Counted from the first letter of the whole stretch, positions 37,366 through 50,750 are shown. The stretch: DNA of 63,902 nt, filler included, from Lama guanicoe (GCA_013239625.1; 142 parts of 142 records of this genome joined end to end with filler, not necessarily neighbours in it), one strand, 5' to 3'. Numbers and translations are program-made. Notes: generated by a model not told the origin, from the sequence alone.

Positions 37366-37716
37366 TCTTCCTCTGAGAGCACTTCCCAGGCTGCCTTTCT
37401 CAGCCCAGCTGTCTGCTGAGACCAGGTCCAGTGAGATCTGTGTGTTCTGTCGGCCCCTGTGCTTTACCTCTGTGGTCCGTCCTGTCAGCTGTAAGCTATG
37501 ATGGCCTGTTTGTTGGTTTCTCTCTACATCATGAGCTCCTTGACGATGCAAACCATGTCTGAGCCTCACCTGTGTAACTTCAGGCCCAAAAGTAGCACCT
37601 GCTGTATAGTCAGTAACTGGTATTGGTGTGAAGAAATTGATTGATTTATGACTAATATTAACTTTACATTCATACTTATCTGCCTGTTGAAGTACGTGTG
37701 TGGAGATAAAAAAAAA
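37366..37716 (+). repeat. Paralogous contig B2 (direct copy of 31508-31858)
   Basis: Aligns end to end with B1 at ~94% identity. Confidence 0.95.
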
Positions 37717-37924
37717 NNNNNNNNNNNNNNNNNNNNNNNNNNNNNNNNNNNNNNNNNNNNTTAATTAATTAANNNNNNNNNNNNNNNNNNNNNNNNNNNN
37801 NNNNNNNNNNNNNNNNTGGAAAAAAAGCTAAAAGGAAAGTAATGGCTATTCACAACTTTACTATTTACAATTACATATGTTAATAAAAGGAAGTCTTATC
37901 CTTCCACTTAAAAATCCCAGCTGC

Positions 37925-38167
37925 AAGGAAAAGGGGACCCTCCTACATTGTTGGTGAGAATGTAAATTGGTGCAGCCACTGTGGAGAACAGTATAGTGGT
38001 TCCCTGAGAAACTAAAAAAATACAGTTACCATATGATCCAGCAATCCTACTCCTGGGCATGTATCTGGGGGAAACTAATTTGAAAAGATGCATGTACCCC
38101 AATGTTCAGAGCAGCACTATTTACAATAGTCAAGACGTGGAAGCAACCTAAATCCCTGTTAACGGAT
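37925..38167 (+). mobile_element. LINE-1 ORF2 3' fragment
   Basis: 'ccctcctacattgttggtgagaatgtaaattggtgcagccactgtggagaacagtat...ccatatgatccagcaatcctactcctgggc'. Confidence 0.92.
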
Positions 38168-39169
38168 NNNNNNNNNNNNNNNNNNNNNNNNNNNNNNNNN
38201 NNNNNNNNNNNTTAATTAATTAANNNNNNNNNNNNNNNNNNNNNNNNNNNNNNNNNNNNNNNNNNNNATCATGTAGGACCCAGGGGGACATCCTAAGAAT
38301 TTTAATTTTCATTCTGAGAGAAATGGAATGTTGTTAGAAAGATCCGAGGAGTGGCAAGATCTAACTCATTTTAAAGAATCACCCTGGCTGCCAAATTGAC
38401 AGTGTTAAGTTTGGCCAGATAGGGGGGAGGTTTGTTAAAGGCAGAACGCAAAAGATAACTTTGGAGACTACTTCAATAATCCGGAAAAGAGATGAAGGTG
38501 ACTTGAACCTAGATGGCAGTGGAGGATAAGAAAACTGTTGAATTTGGGGTGTAATTTGAAGGTATAGCGGATAAGTGTTAAGATTTCTGATGCTGCATTC
38601 AAACTTGTTTGTTTGAGGNNNNNNNNNNNNNNNNNNNNNNNNNNNNNNNNNNNNNNNNNNNNTTAATTAATTAANNNNNNNNNNNNNNNNNNNNNNNNNN
38701 NNNNNNNNNNNNNNNNNNGCTCATAACATTGGAGGTGAGGGACTTATGAGCTCAAGTACTGTATCTTACCAGGCAGTTGGGAAACACTAAGAAAAAAAAC
38801 AATTCTGTGGTTAGGTTAGAGATAGGCAGTGTGGGATTGTGGCTTTTGTTTTCCTATTTGATCACAATCAAACTTGGACATGGAGCTTGACTTCTTCTGG
38901 CCCTCTTTCCTCATCTTTAGGATTCATTTTCCCTAAATTCTATAATATCTTTGTATGGTTTTTGACTTTTCCTTTTAGAACTCTCAGCAATGTTTTGAAG
39001 TTTTCTAAATATAGTTCATTCACATTTATCTTCAAAGTTGATACTATGTAATATTGGTTATAACTATATNNNNNNNNNNNNNNNNNNNNNNNNNNNNNNN
39101 NNNNNNNNNNNNNTTAATTAATTAANNNNNNNNNNNNNNNNNNNNNNNNNNNNNNNNNNNNNNNNNNNN

Positions 39170-39285
39170 CCCTGCCCGCACCTCGATGTTGGACTTCTGG
39201 CGTCCAGAACAGTGAGAGATAAATGTCTATTTTCACAGCTACCCAGTCTGTGGTGTCTCATTACGGCAGCCTGAGCTGACTAGGA
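39170..39285 (+). mobile_element. MaLR LTR (MLT1) 3' end
   Basis: 'ttggacttctggcgtccagaacagtgagagataaat...acccagtctgtggtg...ttacggcagcc'. Confidence 0.75.
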
Positions 39286-39426
39286 GAGCATCACCTTCAA
39301 CAAGTTTAGAAGGAAACACATGTGTATATAAAACATGCATTTAAGTGTATAAAAATACCACATTAGAAATAAAACATTGTATTATAGGTGCACATATTAA
39401 TTAAACATTTTTTTTCTCTTAAAAGA

Positions 39427-39520
39427 GGGGTGAGATATTGCTCAGTAATAGGATGTGTGCTTAGCATTAATAAGGTTTGGGGTTCAATCCCCAGTACCTC
39501 CACTAACCAAAAAAAAAAAA
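39427..39520 (+). mobile_element. tRNA-derived SINE, vic-1 type (diverged, short form)
   Basis: 'ggggtgagatattgctcagt...gtgcttagcatt...ggggttcaatccccagtacctcc' plus A tail. Confidence 0.8.
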
Positions 39521-40071
39521 NNNNNNNNNNNNNNNNNNNNNNNNNNNNNNNNNNNNNNNNNNNNTTAATTAATTAANNNNNNNNNNNNNNNNNNNNNNNN
39601 NNNNNNNNNNNNNNNNNNNNAAAAAAAGCTACTTTTAGAAACTTTCTCAAATACTAGGGACACAAATGCTGTCATCACATTTCCCTTCCCTTAGCCAGAT
39701 TATATTTCTGGATTTGGGTTACAGGAATGCAACATAGTAACAGACTTTCTTCCTGTGGATGGTTCAGGCTGATTAAAGTTGTGAACAACTCAGAGTCAGT
39801 GTCATATATTTCAGTTTTACTGCAACTTTCCAAAAAAGCTTGATGTTGTTGAATTTTTCTACATTGTTTTCCTGGAACCCCAACCTCTAAAACGGTCCTG
39901 AGACAGAGTTTTGAGGTAATGGAGCAGATGTAAATTAAATACATCCACCATGACCAAGAGACAGCTGGGTGNNNNNNNNNNNNNNNNNNNNNNNNNNNNN
40001 NNNNNNNNNNNNNNNTTAATTAATTAANNNNNNNNNNNNNNNNNNNNNNNNNNNNNNNNNNNNNNNNNNNN

Positions 40072-40232
40072 TGACCCTAGCAAGTTAGTTAACTTATCTG
40101 TGTCTCAGTTGCCTCATCTGTAACAACAGGAGGACTGTAACTTTGTCACCAGGAAGTGAGATATTCGATGTAAGGTGCTTAGGACACAACCTGCCACATA
40201 CTAAACACTCAAGTCATGTTAACTGTTGTTAT
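40072..40232. mobile_element. MIR SINE fragment
   Basis: 'tgaccctagcaagttagttaacttatctgtgtctcagttgcctcatctgtaa...atgtaaggtgcttag' is the MIR core. Confidence 0.8.
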
Positions 40233-43200
40233 TAGCACGTTGCAGACACAGAGCATCTGGCATCTGCAAACACCACTAGTCTCTTCAGAAGGCAGGGCAG
40301 TGGGGTCACCAGTGTGGTGTTTGTAAGAGGCCAGCAGGACTTCCCCATAAACTTGCTTCTCCTAAGCCCCATCTACTTGATATGTGAAATGCACTGAGAA
40401 GGTTCCCACCACATGACACCATNNNNNNNNNNNNNNNNNNNNNNNNNNNNNNNNNNNNNNNNNNNNTTAATTAATTAANNNNNNNNNNNNNNNNNNNNNN
40501 NNNNNNNNNNNNNNNNNNNNNNTTTTTTCTACATTATTATTTCTACACTAAAGGTGAATTAACTTGTTCTGAGAAATAAATAATTTTGTATAATTTTATA
40601 TAACTACATGAGAAACTTTGAGCAAGCATTTTAGTTGTTTGACTCCTAATCTAATCATAAATGCCACGGGCTATCATAAAGTTACTACTGGATGGAGTTA
40701 TCAGAATCTTTCATGTCAATGTTGGGAGTTGAGAAAGTAAAATCAATCAATAGATGCTCACAGAACACTTTGACTCTGGGTCATTTCTGTATGAGGAGTA
40801 CTGCAAAATATAAACAGAGGGAGAAGACCATGCAGAGAATCTCCATTGGCCTTCACTGAGGTGACTTCCCACANNNNNNNNNNNNNNNNNNNNNNNNNNN
40901 NNNNNNNNNNNNNNNNNTTAATTAATTAANNNNNNNNNNNNNNNNNNNNNNNNNNNNNNNNNNNNNNNNNNNNATTTTGGTAAATGGTCTCCTGCCCTTG
41001 GGATAGATTTCATATTTTCACAAAGGCATTCCTTCAAGTGGTTTAATGCAGCATTTCTATGCAGGCTGTTAAGAGAAAGATTTTTAAGGATGGGGTACTT
41101 GGGAGTTTCTGGGTTCTTTTGCCTTTGTGTGAAGCTGTCTATGATTGGGGGACACTCGTTTTTTTCATTATCTGCCCCTGACATTCCTAGTCCGGTTGAA
41201 TGAGAGTCACTTTGTCTTTGTTCTGTATAGTTTCCGAGTCAAGTTTCATCTGCTAACTGCCCATGACCCTTGTATATGTGAGGAAGTGGAGCACATTGTG
41301 TTAAGGAAGATTACTGGGCATTTGNNNNNNNNNNNNNNNNNNNNNNNNNNNNNNNNNNNNNNNNNNNNTTAATTAATTAANNNNNNNNNNNNNNNNNNNN
41401 NNNNNNNNNNNNNNNNNNNNNNNNAGCTGCTTTTCACACCATAGGTTTCATGATCAAAATTCAGCACTGGGATATCTGCTTGCACTATTCCTGGATTTAC
41501 TCTCATTTCTTCATGTCATCCAGACCCCTGAACTGAAAATATCTGGTTAACGCCGCACAGTTTAATATTCTTTGGAAATTAAACTACTTGGGCATGTTTA
41601 GATCTCAGATGGAATCTATGCATTTTGCTTGTCAATGTGGTTGGTTGGTTTTTAGAGCCTCTGTATTGAAAGTCGTGTTTGCAGCCAGCTGATAGAGAAA
41701 TTTCCATGTGCTGAAACATCGTACCGATGAAACCTCTTCTGGGGTGAAGTTCAAGTGAGATGAAGATGATGTGTANNNNNNNNNNNNNNNNNNNNNNNNN
41801 NNNNNNNNNNNNNNNNNNNTTAATTAATTAANNNNNNNNNNNNNNNNNNNNNNNNNNNNNNNNNNNNNNNNNNNNGACTGATCTGAAGGCACAGAGGTAA
41901 TGACATTAGAACAGAGCCGCACGCGGATCCTAGTGGAAAACACAACACAACAGGACGTGTTCGCCTGCAGGAGCTCCCTGCACGCAAGCGAAGGTGTGCT
42001 GCTCGCTCGGCGCCGCCCGCCCTGGTGCTGGGCCATCCCGCCCTGCCTGAGGCCCCGCCGCAGGCGCCGCGTGGGGCTTCACAGCTGACCTAACGCACTG
42101 CTGCAGGCAGGGAGGAGGGGAGAGGGGTCCACGAGTCTGCTGCGTCTCCTGCCAAGCGCAGAATGGGGGCTTCTGGTGTGTGGGCAGCCGCGATTCCAGG
42201 GCTCCTGGTGACCGTCTTTCACGTTCNNNNNNNNNNNNNNNNNNNNNNNNNNNNNNNNNNNNNNNNNNNNTTAATTAATTAANNNNNNNNNNNNNNNNNN
42301 NNNNNNNNNNNNNNNNNNNNNNNNNNCAAATTAAACAGGTGTTTCTTTCTGAGAACTTGCACACCAAACGTCCTTATGGAAGTTGATTCTGTCATTATAA
42401 TAGGATTTAATTATTTCTTTTCATGATTTAAAAAATTACACAAAACACATGCTCATTGTCACGTATTTGGTAAGTACAGAAGAGTATGAAGAAGCAGAGC
42501 AAGTCACCGGTGATCTTGTTTTCTGCAGGCAGTTACAGGCATTTGTTATGTTTCCATGTTCTTTTATGTGTGTTTTTCACTATAGAAATCTGCCTGGGTA
42601 AACTGTTTTGTAAACACTTTAAAACTTATATCATAGACATTTTCATTCATCAAGAACTTTTGTAAAAACTCATTTTANNNNNNNNNNNNNNNNNNNNNNN
42701 NNNNNNNNNNNNNNNNNNNNNTTAATTAATTAANNNNNNNNNNNNNNNNNNNNNNNNNNNNNNNNNNNNNNNNNNNNCATTTAATGAGGATGTGTGTTAG
42801 ATACTGGGAAAGTAGGATGACATAGTCCCTACTATGAGGGACTCTCTGTTCAGAGAGAGAAAAGGTCAAGTCAAGTAACAGTGGATACACAGGGACATTT
42901 AATCACTCAGCTTGAGGATCTGGGGACATGAGTCACAGAGAGATTTAGGGAGGGCAGTCACTTGAACTACAATTTGGAGGACATAATATGAGTTAACCAG
43001 GCTGGGGTGGAAGGGATGGGAAAGGACCTCTGGGTAGAGGGAATAGGACCTGCAGAGGCATAGTGTATGTTTTGTACCAGTTAACTTTTGCTGTGTAACA
43101 AGCCATCCCCCTCAATTAAATAAAAAAANNNNNNNNNNNNNNNNNNNNNNNNNNNNNNNNNNNNNNNNNNNNTTAATTAATTAANNNNNNNNNNNNNNNN

Positions 43201-44349
43201 NNNNNNNNNNNNNNNNNNNNNNNNNNNNTAGCATTTCTCAGTATGAGGATCATTTTTATTGCATGTTCTGGCAAAACTGTGAAAAAAATCATCAATACTA
43301 AATAAGGATTCAGACAAGTCTATTTTGGGTAGATAAGTCTTTAAAGCTTAATAGAAACACTTTTCAGAAAACTAATGCTCCATTCTTATATACTATTTGA
43401 AGACAGCAAACTTTAGGGACCTTCAAAGTCACTCTTAGCACATGAATGTTCTCCCCAAGGTAAAGGTGTAAACACCGGGAGATGCAGTTCCTCAGTTTAC
43501 CTGAAGATGGCACCCATCTCAAGGCTGTTTGTGATTTGTATTTGGACTCTCAAATTTTCAAGCACTGTCATAAACTCTTNNNNNNNNNNNNNNNNNNNNN
43601 NNNNNNNNNNNNNNNNNNNNNNNTTAATTAATTAANNNNNNNNNNNNNNNNNNNNNNNNNNNNNNNNNNNNNNNNNNNNTAAGAACTAAAGCCTATAATA
43701 TATGTAATATATGAAGTTTTCAAGCTCTGAAATCCCATAACAGTGTCATTAACTACAAGTGAATAGGTAATTCTTTAATATCTGTTGATACGTGAAAATA
43801 GGTTTTTCTTCAAGGTATTTAAAATTCTCTCTCAAATTTATTTAGCAACCTTCTATCCAAGTAGTAAAGGTGTTAAATTCGCTATCAACATTTGTCTAAA
43901 TAACAGTAATTGGGATGGAATGTGCAACCCAGAGGTCAATTTGATGACTGGCTTTCCTCTTTGATTTCACCTTCATATTAGTTCCTTTCAATTTTCAAGT
44001 TGAGCTAAGGTTGGTTATTACTAAAAAAAANNNNNNNNNNNNNNNNNNNNNNNNNNNNNNNNNNNNNNNNNNNNTTAATTAATTAANNNNNNNNNNNNNN
44101 NNNNNNNNNNNNNNNNNNNNNNNNNNNNNNAAAAAAATTGAAAAAGAAAAAGAAAAACTATAATCGACAGGCTAAGACCAGAGAGAAAATGGAATCATAT
44201 GAAATGTTTGATGAAAACCACGAAAGATGGAAAAAGACTGGAAAAGAAAAATAGAAATAAAGAACAAGAACAGCAAATAGAAGCAGTGACAAATGTGGCA
44301 AATGTCCACCACTATCAATAATCGCTCTGAACGTCAGTGGTCGACGTAC

Positions 44350-44481
44350 GAGTGACCCAGCTGAGCAGAGGGCCCTCCTCAGTGCAAGTGGGCGTCATCC
44401 AATGGCTCACACTGAACAAAAAGGTGGAGGAAGGGTGGACTGCTTCTCTCTGCTTGAGCTGAGACATCCATCTTCTCCTAC
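44350..44481 (+). mobile_element. ERVL LTR (MLT2 family) fragment abutting an L1 fragment (44131-44340)
   Basis: 'gtgggcgtcatccaat...tgaacaaaaaggtggaggaaggg...tctctctgcttgagctgagacatccatcttctcct' resembles MLT2. Confidence 0.65.
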
Positions 44482-44581
44482 NNNNNNNNNNNNNNNNNNN
44501 NNNNNNNNNNNNNNNNNNNNNNNNNTTAATTAATTAANNNNNNNNNNNNNNNNNNNNNNNNNNNNNNNNNNNNNNNNNNNN

Positions 44582-44649
44582 CTTTCTATGATATTAGCTT
44601 TGTTGCAGTGGTCTGGAACTGAACCCATGATACTTCCAAGTTTTGCTTG
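44582..44649 (+). mobile_element. Tigger1 3' terminus followed by TA
   Basis: 'gatattagctttgttgcagtggtctggaactgaacccatgatacttccaagttttgcttg|ta' matches the Tigger1 end. Confidence 0.75.
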
Positions 44650-44669
44650 TATATGTGTACTTAACCCTA

Positions 44670-44880
44670 AAATGATTCTCTTAGACAACACAGTTGGATC
44701 TTGTTTTATTTAGCTACTCTGTCTTTTGATTTGGAAGTTTAATCCATTGACATTTAAAGTAATTATTGTTAGGGAAGGAAACGATGTTGTCATTTTTAAA
44801 TTGTTCTCTGCCTATCTTATAGTTTGTCATTTTTTCCCCCTCTGTTGCTGTCTTCTCTGTGTTTAATTTTTTGTAGGGGT
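44670..44880 (-). mobile_element. LINE-1 ORF2 5' fragment
   Basis: 'gttggatcttgtttt...tttaatccattgacatttaaagtaattatt' is antisense to the I-I-T-L-N-V-N-G-L motif. Confidence 0.8.
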
Positions 44881-47800
44881 GTGATTCGTATTGGTGTCTG
44901 CGCATTTGAAAAAGTTCATCTCTTCCATTTTTNNNNNNNNNNNNNNNNNNNNNNNNNNNNNNNNNNNNNNNNNNNNTTAATTAATTAANNNNNNNNNNNN
45001 NNNNNNNNNNNNNNNNNNNNNNNNNNNNNNNNTATGTGTCACATCTTGCTCTATTTTATAGAGAGCTGTTCGGCACTTCAGTGGAAAAAGTGGATTCTCT
45101 ATCATGAGTCTTGGGAATTGTTGGCCATATTTATGCGTGCCTTACAGACTTCAAAAATAGAATGGTGGGGTGGAGCAGGAGGAGTGGAGGAGATGGTGGT
45201 GGGCTGGAGGGTGATGGTGAGCACTGAATAGTTTATTTATAGGGTGTCCCAAAGCCACAGCCTGTCACCCCATACCTCCTTACATTTGTGAAGGCTCTCT
45301 GCAGGTTCACCATAGACTTCTTCCCCATTAGAACCAACTCCTCCCTCTGCGACTTCCTTTTTATTCAACACCAACTTTCTCCTNNNNNNNNNNNNNNNNN
45401 NNNNNNNNNNNNNNNNNNNNNNNNNNNTTAATTAATTAANNNNNNNNNNNNNNNNNNNNNNNNNNNNNNNNNNNNNNNNNNNNGTTTTTTTCCAGTTCTT
45501 AATCATTTGAGAATTAGTATACACATCAGATTCCTTTACTAGGTACCTCAGCATATATTTCTTAAGTATAAAGGTATTCATTAAAATTCAGGAAATTTCA
45601 ATCTCATGAAATATTATTAAGTGTTTAGCTTGAAATACATCTGAGATTAAGGTTGGTTGCTTTTTGTGTTTTTATAGTAGAAAGATTAAATTATAAATTC
45701 AATATTTTTAATAAATCAAGATTATTTAGATTTTCTATTCATTCTGGTGTCATTTCCTGTGGTGCTATTCAAAGAATTTCTCCACTTTTTGCTAAATGTT
45801 GAAAGGTTTTGGCAAAGGGGAAGTGACACCAGCANNNNNNNNNNNNNNNNNNNNNNNNNNNNNNNNNNNNNNNNNNNNTTAATTAATTAANNNNNNNNNN
45901 NNNNNNNNNNNNNNNNNNNNNNNNNNNNNNNNNNCGTTTTGTTATGTTCTATCTTCATTGTCAAAAATCTCAAGGTATTTTTCTGATTTCTGTCGTGATT
46001 TCTTCCATGAGCCATTGTTTTTTGGGGAAGTGTGTTGTTTCGTTTGTGAATTTCTGAAATGACTTTCTTCTCTTCTTAATTTGTACTCATTCCCATCGCT
46101 CACATTTTAAACAAGTTCAGATGTGATGTTTCTGGAAGCTTTAAAAATGCTAACTGTCATCTCATTGGATGGCTACGGTGCATCTTCTAATTTATTATAT
46201 AAATGCCTCCAATTTCTTAGATTGTAAATTATGAGATAATTGTAGGCTCAATCACAGTTGTAAAAAAGACACAGATAGATGTCACNNNNNNNNNNNNNNN
46301 NNNNNNNNNNNNNNNNNNNNNNNNNNNNNTTAATTAATTAANNNNNNNNNNNNNNNNNNNNNNNNNNNNNNNNNNNNNNNNNNNNTATGGTCAACTTAAA
46401 GAAGAGAGTTCACTCTAGTCTACATAAAACTAACTTTCCTTAGAAGTTAATTCATTACAGCTCAATCTATGATATTAAAAACAGGAAAGAGCAATGATTC
46501 CTAACAGGAATATGGAGCGATAAATGAGAGTATATCTAACACTGGACTGGAAAGCAGCCAGTAACATAATACTTTTCACAATTAACGACATGGGAAAATT
46601 TCCAATGACAATGTAACATGAAAATGCAAGATTCAAACACACACATACACACATGTATGTGTGTATATCCATATGCATGCATACACATTGAAATGCAAGA
46701 TTCGGTGCATACATATACAGTTACCTACATATACGGNNNNNNNNNNNNNNNNNNNNNNNNNNNNNNNNNNNNNNNNNNNNTTAATTAATTAANNNNNNNN
46801 NNNNNNNNNNNNNNNNNNNNNNNNNNNNNNNNNNNNCCAGTCACAGTTTTCCAACATGGTGAGAAAGTGCTGACAATTAGATATGTGTCCTTCCAGGTAC
46901 AATTCTAGGGGCTGGGCATGAGAGGCCTGAGAGGCCTGAGAGGATAGATCACACAGTGAAGGACACAGAAACTGATGATCCCAGCCAGGTCTGAGGTGTC
47001 TGATATATAAAAGAATAACAGTTGCCCAAGAGGATTCTTTGGAAGTAAAAATTTTAATGACAACATTTTTAAATGCTTACATGTAGTATATGCTCCATGA
47101 ATCTGGTCCCCTTCCATTTCCAGAGGACCACAAAGGAGAACTGATTTTCATTCTTTCACATTTCCCTGATATCTACCTTCTTCCTTTNNNNNNNNNNNNN
47201 NNNNNNNNNNNNNNNNNNNNNNNNNNNNNNNTTAATTAATTAANNNNNNNNNNNNNNNNNNNNNNNNNNNNNNNNNNNNNNNNNNNNGCCCCAGGAGCCC
47301 TGGTGGAGGATCTCCACTCTGCCTGCGCAGCGGCCGCCCCCGTCCGCCAGGCGGAGCCGCCTGCTGTCTGCGGGGAGAGGCTCGTGCCAGTGGGGGGCCT
47401 TTCCACAGGGGAGGGAGGGCTTCTAGGCCTGCGGGACCCCCACCTGAGCAGTTGGCCGGGCTCCCCTCGGAGGCTGCAGAGCCTCCCGGTTCAGACACGG
47501 AGTCGTTGCACTGGGGCAGCACCTGGGTCTGGTTTCCTGCAGGACAGCAATGATCAGAGGGTTGAAGAACAGGAAATTGAATTAAACCAAATAATGACCT
47601 GCTGATCAGGTCTGAGATGAAAGCTGTAACATAGCAGTNNNNNNNNNNNNNNNNNNNNNNNNNNNNNNNNNNNNNNNNNNNNTTAATTAATTAANNNNNN
47701 NNNNNNNNNNNNNNNNNNNNNNNNNNNNNNNNNNNNNNCCCCTAGATCCCTCTTGGGGCTTCACGAGGTCAGAACCTCAAACAAGCACCAGCACTGCCTC

Positions 47801-49543
47801 ATTCCTGCTCATTCAGTTTTTCTCTGACCCTAAAGTGAAACATCACCTCCCATTTCTATGAGTAAAAGCTGTTTTTAGGATAATGCTGCCTGTTGACACC
47901 GATTCTGAGATGATTCTCAGGAGGCGCGTGCTTAAGAGTGAGGCTGAGAACACCAGGACATGAGAAGGCAGCTCCACATCATAGGAGGGTGAACGCAGTC
48001 CTGCGCAAGTGGCCAGGGCAGTGGTGCAGAGCCCGGCCCTTGACCTCCACCTGGGGTGACCCTGCAGAGATGTGGGAGGAAGGAGCTTGNNNNNNNNNNN
48101 NNNNNNNNNNNNNNNNNNNNNNNNNNNNNNNNNTTAATTAATTAANNNNNNNNNNNNNNNNNNNNNNNNNNNNNNNNNNNNNNNNNNNNGGAGGCCACGT
48201 GATGGCAAACAGCCCTCAAAAGAGGCTGAGGGAACAGGGGCGGTTCTGAGAAGAGGAGTGGCCGACTCAATCTGACTCCTGAAACTTAGAAACGTAACAT
48301 TGGCTCTGGACGTGGCCAGGCTGGAGAGTGGGTGGGGCTCCCACCAGGTCTCCCCTGGGACATGACCAGCTCTTAGAGAAGGCTGCGAGGAACAGGGGTG
48401 GAAGATCCTGTTAGGAAAGGAACACAGTGACCTAGGATTGACAGCCATACGACAATGCGCGTGTCCTTAACACTAGCGAGCTGGGCACTTAAAACTGCCC
48501 AAGATGGTCAATTTTATGTTATGTGTGTTTCACCACCTTANNNNNNNNNNNNNNNNNNNNNNNNNNNNNNNNNNNNNNNNNNNNTTAATTAATTAANNNN
48601 NNNNNNNNNNNNNNNNNNNNNNNNNNNNNNNNNNNNNNNNCACACACTTTTCCTTTTAGTTTGGAGCAGTCATTTAGGCTGATTACTTCCATTGAAGAGG
48701 GAATCTTCAGTTAAGCTCTCTCGTCTGTAGCCTCATTCTTTAAAGGATGGAAGGGATAGAACACTCTTTCATCATCTACCTCTCAAAGTAAACATCAAGA
48801 TGCCGCAGAGAATGACAGCTTCTGAGCACTGCTTCTGTCATGTGCTCTGTGAAGGAGGTTAACGGGGGAAGATGGAAAAATCAGGAAGACACCCATCTAG
48901 GCCTTCTTGCATCACTTGATAGAAAAACCCTTACTCCAGACCACAGCCACAGAGCCAAGAACTTGTCAGCTCAGAAAACCTGTCACTGTGGNNNNNNNNN
49001 NNNNNNNNNNNNNNNNNNNNNNNNNNNNNNNNNNNTTAATTAATTAANNNNNNNNNNNNNNNNNNNNNNNNNNNNNNNNNNNNNNNNNNNNCAAGACCGC
49101 TTACTCCACACGCCGGGGGCACCCCTTCGATGTAACTCCCCCCAAGCTCCCTCCCCTTCGATTCCAGAGACCTTTCAGCAGTGATTTCCATCCTCCTTAA
49201 AATCATGGTCAAACGTGGGAGGCCCAAGAAACACCCTCCTCCACGCCAACGTGCCTTTGTTCCTCACTACGGTCTTGGGCAGAGGGCACCAGTCAGCAGT
49301 GGCGACAGCATCGGACGCAGCAGCCGTGGCCCGCAGCACCCGGCACCCGCACGTGATGGGGGGTCCCCAGGCACTGTGGGGCACTCAGCAGGACTCCTAG
49401 CCTCCAACCTCTAGATGCCAGAGGTATCACCCGTCCTGCCTGGNNNNNNNNNNNNNNNNNNNNNNNNNNNNNNNNNNNNNNNNNNNNTTAATTAATTAAN
49501 NNNNNNNNNNNNNNNNNNNNNNNNNNNNNNNNNNNNNNNNNNN

Positions 49544-49894
49544 CCAGAGTCTGTGATTGAATGCAAGTATGATCCTTGCTAATTCAATCATTTTCAAAGA
49601 AATGCTGGTTAAACCCAGGTACTGTTTTATTGTCCCTGAAAGAAAAGCATTTGTATGCACAGGTGATAGATTGGTAGACATCATAGAGAAAGGACTAGAA
49701 AGATTGCATTGAACCGGCCACATCAGTGAACTAAGGCTGGCACTGCAAATTGATACTAAACAGAAGAAGGGTAGATTTCTAAACTGTTATGACTCTTCAA
49801 ACTGTTTTCACTGTTAAAACAATTTCAACTTCTCAATATGAAGTAATAATATTTCAAAACAAAGAAATACTTACAAAATCACAGGCGAGAATGA
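49544..49894 (-). repeat. Paralogous contig A2 (reverse complement of 23842-24192)
   Basis: Aligns end to end with A1; 11 substitutions. Confidence 0.97.
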
Positions 49895-50446
49895 NNNNNN
49901 NNNNNNNNNNNNNNNNNNNNNNNNNNNNNNNNNNNNNNTTAATTAATTAANNNNNNNNNNNNNNNNNNNNNNNNNNNNNNNNNNNNNNNNNNNNGCAGGC
50001 ACAGAAACCATGATCTCTCTACGGAGTTAACAACTAACGTGGGCACAGCAAACACTAAGGGCATCGAGACACCCTCTGTCCGCCTGCCGTGCGCCGTGTT
50101 TCCGTGGGGCTGTGCGTGCCTCCCGGACAGCCCTTGTCGTCTTGGGTCACGGGTCGGCAGCAAGCCTGGCGGGCACATCCGCCGAGCACGTGGCACCTGA
50201 CTGAGTGACTGGAAAAGGGCAGGAAGAAAGACGGAGGGAAACAGAAGGAGAGGTGACTCGATGGCGTGCTGGGTGGGAGGCCTGAGCTCGGGGCTTTTGT
50301 GCTGATTGGGGCGCAATTTAAATTCGACTTCCTGCCTGTAAAGAAANNNNNNNNNNNNNNNNNNNNNNNNNNNNNNNNNNNNNNNNNNNNTTAATTAATT
50401 AANNNNNNNNNNNNNNNNNNNNNNNNNNNNNNNNNNNNNNNNNNNN

Positions 50447-50750
50447 ACACGACATGGGTTTAGGCATATAACGTGGACTTGGGGAGCTGATGTGTGCTTG
50501 GGAAGATGTGGGTTTGGAAATATGTGGGCTTCGGAGAGATGATTCACACTTGAGGAGATGATGTTGGCTTGGGGAGATGTTGGCTCGGAGAGATGACGTG
50601 GGCTCAGGGAGATGACCCGGGCTCAGGGAGATGACCCAGCCTCGTGGAGGTGATGTGGGCTCCCTGATATGGCGTCGGTTCAGGGACATGGCACGTGCTC
50701 GAGGACATGACACCGGCTCGGGGAGATGACGTGGGCTCATGGAGATGGTG
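50447..50750 (+). repeat. Diverged G-rich minisatellite, ~19-bp unit GGGAGATGACGTGGGCTCA
   Basis: About 16 imperfect copies, e.g. 'gagagatgacgtgggctca gggagatgacccgggctca gggagatgacccagcctcg'. Confidence 0.85.

Noticed and set aside
50303..50332. CCAAT plus CDE/CHR-like cell-cycle promoter motif (gattggggcgcaatttaaa)
   Set aside because: Short motifs with imperfect spacing at a contig end; no downstream context to test.
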